Source: Anaerolineae bacterium (GTDB lineage: Bacteria > Chloroflexota > Anaerolineae > Anaerolineales > RBG-16-64-43). From it: 32,014 bases of DNA. This document shows, one piece after another, positions 25,341 to 32,014 of the stretch. Positions within the stretch are counted from its first letter, which is position 1; every line of letters begins with the position of its first letter. Position numbers and translations under genes: made by a program. Under the pieces are notes generated by a model. That model made no database searches, was not told the origin of the DNA, and saw nothing but the letters and a program-made list of their open reading frames with translations. Where the stretch lies: positions 1 through 32,014 of the forward strand of contig JBGOXY010000003.1 of NCBI GenBank assembly GCA_041479415.1, written 5' to 3'.

Positions 25341-26600
25341 ATGTCACGGACGTTCGATGAATTGCTGCGATTGTATGCCGAGCTGACCATCAAGATCGGC
25401 CTCAATCTGCAGCCCGGCCAGCGCCTCATCATTTCGGACCCGCGACGCGCCGGTGTCCCGATCGAGATCGCTCCCCTGGTACGCTATCTGGTGGAGCACG
25501 CCTACAAGGCCGGCGCCCCGTTGGTCGACGTGATCTGGCGCGACGATGCCCTGCAGCGCCTGCGCTTCCAGCACGCGCCGCGCGATTCGTTCGAAGAGTG
25601 GCCGGTCTCGCAGCCCAAAGGCCTGCTCGAGCACTTCGAGCACGGCGGGGCGCTTCTCTCAATCCACGCCGCCAACCCAGATCTGCTGACCGACCAGGAC
25701 GCAGGCCGGGTGGCAATGGTTCAGAAGACGGCTTACGCTCAATACCTGCCCACCTCCGATTTCACTTCACGCAACTTGGTCCAATGGTGCGTTATCGCTG
25801 CATCTTATGCCGGCTGGGCCAAGAAGGTCTTCCCCACGTTGCCGCCGGCCGAGGCCGAGACCAAGCTGTGGGGGGCACTCTTCCGTGTCTGCCGCGCCGA
25901 CCAGCCTGACCCCATCGCCGCCTGGAAGGAGCACGTTCACCAGTTGGTGGCACGCAGTGACTACCTCAACCACAAGCGCTACCGCCGGCTGCATTACACC
26001 GGGCCGGGGACCGATCTGACCCTCGGCCTGCCGCCCGATCACTTGTGGAATGCCGCTCAATCGAAGACGCCAAAGGGCATCGCCTTCACCGCCAACTTGC
26101 CCACGGAAGAAATCTTCACCCTGCCGCACGCAGCCCAGGCCGACGGTCACATTGCCGCATCGCGCCCGCTCAACTACGGCGACACGCTGATCGACGGGTT
26201 CGAAGTGAAGTTCGCCGGCGGCCGTGCCGTGGAGGCCCACGCCCGAACCGGCGAGACGGTGCTGCGCAAAATGTTAGAGGCCGACGAAGGCGGCGCGCGC
26301 CTCGGCGAAGTGGCGCTCGTCCCACATTCCTCGCCTATTTCCCAATCGGGCGTCATGTTCTACAACACGCTGCTCGACGAGAACTGCGCCAGCCATCTGG
26401 CTTTCGGTCGGGCTTACAAGTTCTGCATGCGCGGCGGCGAGTCGATGTCGAACGAGACCTTCATCGCCGCGGGAGGCAACCACAGCATCCTGCATGTGGA
26501 CTTCATGGTCGGCTCGGGCGAGATGAACATCGATGGGATCACTCCCGATGGGACAACCGAAGCGATCATGCGAATGGGTGAATGGGCGTTCAAAGTATAG
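25341..26600 (+). CDS. M29-family aminopeptidase (PepS/AmpS/aminopeptidase II)
   Basis: RBS GGAGG; GLNLQPGQ, ANLPTEEIFT.P, LGEVAL, YNTLLDEN..SHLAFG.AY, N.S..HVDFM. Confidence 0.93.
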   Translation: MSRTFDELLRLYAELTIKIGLNLQPGQRLIISDPRRAGVPIEIAPLVRYLVEHAYKAGAPLVDVIWRDDALQRLRFQHAPRDSFEEWPVSQPKGLLEHFEHGGALLSIHAANPDLLTDQDAGRVAMVQKTAYAQYLPTSDFTSRNLVQWCVIAASYAGWAKKVFPTLPPAEAETKLWGALFRVCRADQPDPIAAWKEHVHQLVARSDYLNHKRYRRLHYTGPGTDLTLGLPPDHLWNAAQSKTPKGIAFTANLPTEEIFTLPHAAQADGHIAASRPLNYGDTLIDGFEVKFAGGRAVEAHARTGETVLRKMLEADEGGARLGEVALVPHSSPISQSGVMFYNTLLDENCASHLAFGRAYKFCMRGGESMSNETFIAAGGNHSILHVDFMVGSGEMNIDGITPDGTTEAIMRMGEWAFKV

Positions 26601-26632
26601 CGCCGGTGATTTCCAGCAGTCCGCCGATACGC

Positions 26633-26664
26633 AAAACGCCCGCCGAACCCGGCGGGCGTTTCTT
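26633..26664. terminator. Bidirectional intrinsic terminator
   Basis: AAAACGCCCGCCG-AACC-CGGCGGGCGTTTCTT between convergent genes. Confidence 0.85.
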
Positions 26665-26685
26665 CTCTCCACGTGTTGGCACCAC

Positions 26686-27078
26686 TCACATGGGGCGCAC
26701 AACCCACAGCAGGAGAATGACGATATCGATGATGACGCCCAACGAGAGCCAGGGGTGCCAGAACACGCTGATCAGAATGAGCGAGAGTACGGAGGCAATG
26801 ACCACCAGTGGTGCGAGTGTGCCGGCCATGGGCGGCACGCCGAGTGCCGCCATCCCGGCCAGAACGAAGCCTAAGGTCGTCAGAACGACAAGCGACAACC
26901 CGACTGCGCGCGTTGCGCTCGGCGTGAACCGCAGGCGGCGAAGCAGCCACGACCGGGCAGGATGGGTGAAGAAGGATCCCGGCCGCGATGTGGCATCTTT
27001 CGGGATGGGTGCTGCTGCCAACCCCGAGTGCACCAGCCCGTGCAAGATGAAGAACACCCCGATCATGATTCGCGTCAT
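26686..27078 (-). CDS. Small integral membrane protein (about 4 TM)
   Basis: RBS GAAGGGA; hydrophobic segments, FFILHGLVH motif, ends LGVIIDIVILLLW. Confidence 0.75.
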   Translation of the reverse strand: MTRIMIGVFFILHGLVHSGLAAAPIPKDATSRPGSFFTHPARSWLLRRLRFTPSATRAVGLSLVVLTTLGFVLAGMAALGVPPMAGTLAPLVVIASVLSLILISVFWHPWLSLGVIIDIVILLLWVVRPM

Positions 27079-27155
27079 GTCATCCCTTCGTGCAGTTCAG
27101 GCCCCACGATCGGCGCGCTCACTCGGCCGCGCATTCGCGAGGGCCGTTCCTCGAC

Positions 27156-28046
27156 CTAGAACAGCCGCAACCCCGGCTTAATGACTTCACGCACCATCGC
27201 AATATGGGTCTTGGCCTCATGCTCGCCCGCGCGAATCGGTTCGACAGCGCGTGAGAATCCGCTGAAGGCAGTGATGTCCGCCGGAATTTCGGGCCGGAGG
27301 ACCAGGTCGGGATGGGCGTGGCGCAGCCGATCCTGGGTAGCGGCATGGGCCATGATCAGGTAGCTCTGATAGAGATCGCGCGCCTGGGGCGGCAAGAAAC
27401 CAGGCGCCTGGCTCCCACGCGCGGCGCTCGGGCCGCGATGCGCGTGGGCCTTCGTTTCGGTCTGCCGAGGCCCAAACTCCGGGCCGACATCTACCGCGAT
27501 CACGACTTCGGCACCCAGGCGGCGGGCCACATCGGCCGGAACGTTGTTGAGAATCCCGCCGTCCGACAGGTAGCGGTCTCCCCAGCGAACTGGAGAAAAG
27601 ACGCCCGGCACGGCGCATGTCGCCAGCACCGCATCCACCAGCGGCCCCTGGGTCAGCACCACTTCCTCCCCGCTGTCGATATCCACCGCGACCAGCCCGA
27701 GCGGGATCGGCAAATCGGCGAAGGTCGTATCCTTGCCGAGCTTGTCGATGAGAAAACTGCGCACGCGATCCCCCTGCAACAGCCCACGCCGCGCAGGCGC
27801 AAGATCCACGAGCATCAGCAAGCGCCGCAAGTGGGTAAATTCCGAGACTTCTTGGGTCAGCGCTTCGGGCGACAGGCCCACGGCGTAGGCCGCGGCGACT
27901 AGGCCGCCCATGCTCGTCCCGGCCAACACGGCCGGACGAATCCCCTCCCGCTCCAACACACTGAGAATGCCGATGTGCGCCAGGCCGCGTACTCCGCCGC
28001 CGCCGAGAGCCAATCCGAGCCGGGGTTGTCGAATGAGGGGGGTCAT
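27156..28046 (-). CDS. Patatin-like phospholipase (RssA/NTE family)
   Basis: LALGGGGVRG.AHIG, GTSMG nucleophile elbow, DGG catalytic Asp. Confidence 0.93.
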   Translation of the reverse strand: MTPLIRQPRLGLALGGGGVRGLAHIGILSVLEREGIRPAVLAGTSMGGLVAAAYAVGLSPEALTQEVSEFTHLRRLLMLVDLAPARRGLLQGDRVRSFLIDKLGKDTTFADLPIPLGLVAVDIDSGEEVVLTQGPLVDAVLATCAVPGVFSPVRWGDRYLSDGGILNNVPADVARRLGAEVVIAVDVGPEFGPRQTETKAHAHRGPSAARGSQAPGFLPPQARDLYQSYLIMAHAATQDRLRHAHPDLVLRPEIPADITAFSGFSRAVEPIRAGEHEAKTHIAMVREVIKPGLRLF

Positions 28047-28088
28047 AGTGGTAGTCGCCGACCGTGCTCCAGGCTTCGGGTGCGAATC

Positions 28089-28772
28089 TCAGTCGGGCGT
28101 CTTCCCTTTCGCGCGACCAAAGAAGCTGGCCAGCTCGTCCGCGGCGCGCGCCTCTCCGATCGTCAACACTTCGTCACCCACCTCGAAACGCGTGGTACCG
28201 CGCGGGATGACCAGCTCGCCATGGCGAATGATGGCTGCGATGACCGCATTTTCCTTGAGCGACAAATCACGGATGGCCACGCCCACGGCCGGTGAGCCGG
28301 CCGGTATCTTCTCTTCGAATAGCGAAAACTGGCCGCGCCGCAGTTTGAGCAGAGTCATCATGTCGCCCATCGACATCTCCTCTGCGATGAGCTTGGCCAG
28401 CAGGTCGGCCTGAACAAGCGCCACATCCACGCCCATCTCGGGGCTGAACATCCACGCGTTCTTGGGGTTGTTGACGCGAGCGATGACCCGCGGCACGTTG
28501 AATTCGAAGCGCGCCAGGGTGGTCGTCACTAGGTTGGCTTCGTCGGCGCCGGTGACCGCGGCCAGCACCTGCGCATCGCGCACGCCGGCGGCCTCGAGCA
28601 CCTCCGGCGACGACCCGTCGCCGGCGCACAGGCATTCGGCGGGCAGCTCCTTACGCAGACGCTCCAGCACAGCCGCCCGATCCTCAACCACCCGCACCGT
28701 GTGCCCGCCGGCGATCAACATGGCCGCCAGGTGCGAACCCGTCTTGCCGCCGCCCACAATGATCACACGCAT
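28089..28772 (-). CDS. trkA: TrkA/KtrA-family RCK potassium-uptake regulatory protein
   Basis: MRVIIVGGGKTG Rossmann motif, GDG, A.TG.DE.NL, RCK_C tail; start after RBS GGGAGG. Confidence 0.9.
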   Translation of the reverse strand: MRVIIVGGGKTGSHLAAMLIAGGHTVRVVEDRAAVLERLRKELPAECLCAGDGSSPEVLEAAGVRDAQVLAAVTGADEANLVTTTLARFEFNVPRVIARVNNPKNAWMFSPEMGVDVALVQADLLAKLIAEEMSMGDMMTLLKLRRGQFSLFEEKIPAGSPAVGVAIRDLSLKENAVIAAIIRHGELVIPRGTTRFEVGDEVLTIGEARAADELASFFGRAKGKTPD

Positions 28773-28774
28773 GG

Positions 28775-29434
28775 TCAGCCTCCCTCTCCCAGGCCAAGCA
28801 TCCCCTCCAGGCGAGGCATAGCCGAGGCCTGCAGTGACATGTAGACCAGATCGCCGTCGCGCAGCTCCGTGCCCAGCGTGGGCAAGTGGGCGGCCCCTTG
28901 CCGCACGAGCGCCACCACCACGCCCTCGCCAGGAACGGTCAGGTCCTTGACCAGGCGGCCAGCGAGCGACGGCTCGACCGCGAAGGAGACCAGCACCACC
29001 TGCCCGCCGCCGAAGCTGGACTCGATATCGATCTCGCGGTGAGTGAGGAGGTGAAAGATGCGCCCGGCGCCCCACACCGGCGGTGAGATCGTCACCAGCC
29101 CCAGGCGGCGACACAACTCGGCGCGACGCTGGTCGTGAACCCGCGCCACAACCCGTGGTACGTGAAACACATTGCGCGCGATGCGGGCAGCGACGATGTT
29201 GGCGCTGTCGGAAGAGGTCGTGGCAGCAAAAGCTTCCGCTTGGTCGATGCCGGCCTCGAGCAGCACCGCCCGATCGAACCCCACCCCGCGCAGCGCCCTT
29301 CCGCGGAAGTCCTTGCCCAAGCGCTCGAGGGCCTCCTGGCTCGAATCGACAACCACCACCTCGTGCCCTTCGCGCACGAGGAGCCGCGCCACGCGCTCTC
29401 CCACCTGACCGCATCCCATGACGATGGCTTTCAT
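28775..29434 (-). CDS. trkA: TrkA/KtrA-family RCK protein (CeoB-like)
   Basis: MKAIVMGCGQVG, GVGFDR..L.EAGI, DSANIV.ARIA, RCK_C; ATG overlaps the ATPase stop (ATGA). Confidence 0.9.
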   Translation of the reverse strand: MKAIVMGCGQVGERVARLLVREGHEVVVVDSSQEALERLGKDFRGRALRGVGFDRAVLLEAGIDQAEAFAATTSSDSANIVAARIARNVFHVPRVVARVHDQRRAELCRRLGLVTISPPVWGAGRIFHLLTHREIDIESSFGGGQVVLVSFAVEPSLAGRLVKDLTVPGEGVVVALVRQGAAHLPTLGTELRDGDLVYMSLQASAMPRLEGMLGLGEGG

Positions 29435-32013
29435 GATGAGTCTGCTCCTTGGCGCACTTCGCGCAGCCGGCCCATCAGGCGCACCAGGTACCGGCGCGTC
29501 CAATCCAAGAGGTAGAGAATCAACGGGTAAAAGCTCAGCCCGATCCAGTACAAGGGAGGAATTGGCACGTGGCCGAAGAGCGCTGCAATCGGCTTTACGT
29601 ATACTAGCACAAGCAGCAGGCCGATCTCAACCAGAATTCCCACGAGGAGCAAGGGGTTGCCCAGCCACCCGATCTGCCGCACTTGCCCGCGTTCTGTCCG
29701 ACAGGCATAGGCATTGCCCACTTGGGCCATCACCACTCCCGCATAGAAAACCGTCACCGCCAGGGCATAGGCAGTGATGTCCTGGGCCGGCGCGAGCAAC
29801 CTCAATCCGCGTTCAAGCTCCGCGCCGGGCAGCAGCCCGTGGATCAGGCGCTCGAGCGGTGTACGCCCGGAACCCGCGGCAGCCAAAACGGCCAGGAACC
29901 CGGCGTAGGCCAGCGCCGTCTCAATCCCGCCCAGCCACAGGAACGCGCGCCCCAATAGCGCACCGTCGATGAGAGGTTGATTGCGTGCCCGCGGCGGGCG
30001 GTGCATCAACTCGGGTTCGGGGCGCTCGGTGCCGAGGGCCAGCGCCGGCAGCAGATCGGTGCCCAAGTCAATCGCCAGGATCTGCAGGATGCTGAGGGCC
30101 AGCGGAACGCCGAAGGTCGCTGAGAGAATGAAGGGTAGGATCTGGGGCACATTGCTGGCAAATATGTAGGTGATGAACTTGCGCAGGTTTTCGAAGACGC
30201 CGCGCCCCTCTTCGATAGCCAGCACGCCGTCGTAGATATTGTCGCGGGCCAAGACGACGTCGGCCGCCTCCTTGGCCACGTCGGTGCCGCTCAAGCCCAT
30301 GACGATGCCCACGTCCGCCTTGCGAAGCGCGGGCACATCGTTGACCCCATCTCCGGTCAGCGCCACCACGTCCCCTCGCGCCTGGAATGCCGCCACCAGA
30401 CGCACCTTGTGTTCGGGTGCCATGCGGGCGAAGAGGGCTTCTTCGGCAATCGCCACCTGCAAGCTGGCATCACTCATGGTTTCTAGATCGGCGCCTGTGA
30501 TGATGCGCGGACGGTCGCCGGTGACCATGCCCAGGCGTCGGGCAAACGACTCGGCCGTCAACCCGTAATCGCCGGTGACCATGACCAGACGGATGCCCGC
30601 CTCGCGGCAGCGGCGGACGGCGGCTTCTGCCTCCGGGCGGGGCGGATCCATCATCGCCACCAGGCCCAGCAGTACCAGTTCGCCTTCCACTCGCTCCGCC
30701 AGATACGGCGCCGAGCGTGGGGCCAGACGCCGCCGCGCAAGCGCCAGGACGCGCAGCGCATGGCGTGCGAAGCCATCGTTGGCCTCGACCACTTCGCGCC
30801 GGCGCGTGTCGTCGAGGGGTTGCTCGCGTCCGTCGATTTGGATGCCCGTGCAAAGCGCCAGCACTTCGCGCGGGGCGCCTTTGACGAACGCCACCTCGCC
30901 CTCGGGTCCGCGATGTATGGTGGTCATGCGCTTGCGCCGAGCATCGAAAGGGATCTCGTGGATACGCGGCATGGCGCTGGTCACCTGCGCCTCGTTGAGC
31001 CCGCCCTTGGCCGCCGCCACACGCAGCGCGGCTTCGGTCTGATCGCCGAGCGACGCCCAGCGCGGATGCTCGGGTGTGGGTGCAATCAAGCGCGCGTTGT
31101 TGCACACCAGCCCCGCCGTGAGCAGATCCGTCAAGTCCTGTCGCGCACCATCCGAGTCGGCCGCGGGATGGAACTCCCCAGACGGTTCATAGCCCACGCC
31201 GCTCAGGCTGCGCATGCGGCCGCCGCACCACACTTCGCGCACGGTCATCTGATTCTGGGTGAGTGTGCCGCTCTTGTCGGAGCAGATGACCGAAACCTTA
31301 GCGAGCGTTTCCACCATCGCCAGCTTTTTGACAATCACCCCGCGCCGCGCCAGCCGCTGCACGGCCATGGCCAAAGTGAGGGTCACCGTCGGCAGCAACC
31401 CTTCCGGAATGGCGGCGACGATGATGCCAACCCCGAAGATGAAAGCCTCGGCCACCGACCACCGCAGGTAGAAGATGCCCGAGAAGAAGACCAGCGTACC
31501 GACGCCGAGGGCGATGACCGAGATGACGCGGGTGATGCGTCGCATCACACGCTGCAGCGGGCTGGGCCCCTCGTGTACTTCCTGCGTGAGATGGGCGATG
31601 CGCCCAAACTGGCTGAGCATGCCTGTGGCAAACACCACGGCCCGGCCCGTGCCGGAGGCCACCGATGTGCCGGCGAAGAGCAAGTTGGGCCGTTCCACCT
31701 CCGAGATCCCATCCACCAGTGAGGCCTCGGCGGTGCGCCGCAGCGGGACCGCGTCGCCGGTAAGGGTCGCATGGTTGGTGCGCAGGCCGTACTCCTCGAT
31801 GACCCGCGCATCGGCCGGGATATTGTCGCCTTCGGCTAGGACGAGCACATCGCCGGGCACCACCTCGCTGGAGGCGATTTCGCATTCCCGCCCATCGCGC
31901 AAGACGCGGGCAAAGGCCGGCAATACCTTGCGCAACGCGCTAACGGCTCGCTGGGCGCGGTATTCCTGCCACAGTGAGAATCCGGCGTTGACCAGCACCA
32001 CCACCCAAATCAG
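29431..32013 (-). CDS. Cation-transporting P-type ATPase, P2/Na,K-ATPase-like; 5'-truncated by window edge
   Basis: IPEGL, DKSGTLT, KGAP, DPPR, TGDGVND, IDLGTD; frame open to the end of the window. Confidence 0.93.
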   Translation of the reverse strand: MIWVVVLVNAGFSLWQEYRAQRAVSALRKVLPAFARVLRDGRECEIASSEVVPGDVLVLAEGDNIPADARVIEEYGLRTNHATLTGDAVPLRRTAEASLVDGISEVERPNLLFAGTSVASGTGRAVVFATGMLSQFGRIAHLTQEVHEGPSPLQRVMRRITRVISVIALGVGTLVFFSGIFYLRWSVAEAFIFGVGIIVAAIPEGLLPTVTLTLAMAVQRLARRGVIVKKLAMVETLAKVSVICSDKSGTLTQNQMTVREVWCGGRMRSLSGVGYEPSGEFHPAADSDGARQDLTDLLTAGLVCNNARLIAPTPEHPRWASLGDQTEAALRVAAAKGGLNEAQVTSAMPRIHEIPFDARRKRMTTIHRGPEGEVAFVKGAPREVLALCTGIQIDGREQPLDDTRRREVVEANDGFARHALRVLALARRRLAPRSAPYLAERVEGELVLLGLVAMMDPPRPEAEAAVRRCREAGIRLVMVTGDYGLTAESFARRLGMVTGDRPRIITGADLETMSDASLQVAIAEEALFARMAPEHKVRLVAAFQARGDVVALTGDGVNDVPALRKADVGIVMGLSGTDVAKEAADVVLARDNIYDGVLAIEEGRGVFENLRKFITYIFASNVPQILPFILSATFGVPLALSILQILAIDLGTDLLPALALGTERPEPELMHRPPRARNQPLIDGALLGRAFLWLGGIETALAYAGFLAVLAAAGSGRTPLERLIHGLLPGAELERGLRLLAPAQDITAYALAVTVFYAGVVMAQVGNAYACRTERGQVRQIGWLGNPLLLVGILVEIGLLLVLVYVKPIAALFGHVPIPPLYWIGLSFYPLILYLLDWTRRYLVRLMGRLREVRQGADSS

Positions 32014-32014
32014 C

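Noticed and set aside
28773-29414. 441-aa ORF suggesting a fused or extended TrkA
   Set aside because: The upstream half is an off-frame shadow of the neighbouring trkA; the real start is 28772

Overview
High-GC bacterial chromosomal window. The gene complement suggests Chloroflexota, probably Anaerolineae (inference from the zinc-ribbon-fused TopA, the DUF4388-small GTPase-V4R module and a GAAC-N4-GTTC LexA box). From left to right: (i) a lower-GC accessory block (RNB ribonuclease 3' end, small eRF1/host-attachment-like protein, nonsense-disrupted DUF5661-like gene, mgtA) ending at the 3' end of a minus-strand tRNA-Glu(CTC); (ii) a DUF4388/MglA-like GTPase/V4R signalling operon, Zn-alcohol dehydrogenase, tpx plus NarL-type regulator, dgt-greA, NUDIX plus membrane protein, and dprA-manC-topA; (iii) the highlight, a three-gene cassette of an inactive RecA/RadA-like protein, a small helical partner and an archaeal PolB2-type, proofreading-dead family B DNA polymerase, downstream of a sigma70 promoter with a LexA box in its spacer, i.e. 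a candidate PolB-based SOS mutasome, with a convergent DUF72 gene; (iv) a secreted SGNH-like protein, M29 aminopeptidase, and a minus-strand operon in which an atypical Na/K-ATPase-like P-type ATPase (TGES->TGDA, DKTGT->DKSGT, TM5 E->Q) is translationally coupled to two TrkA/RCK genes with no TrkH/KtrB in view, followed by a patatin and a small membrane protein. Intergenic regions carry several REP-like palindrome families, including a composite ~107-bp element with covarying hairpins and an invariant 52-nt spacer. All family assignments come from motif recognition by eye, not database searches.
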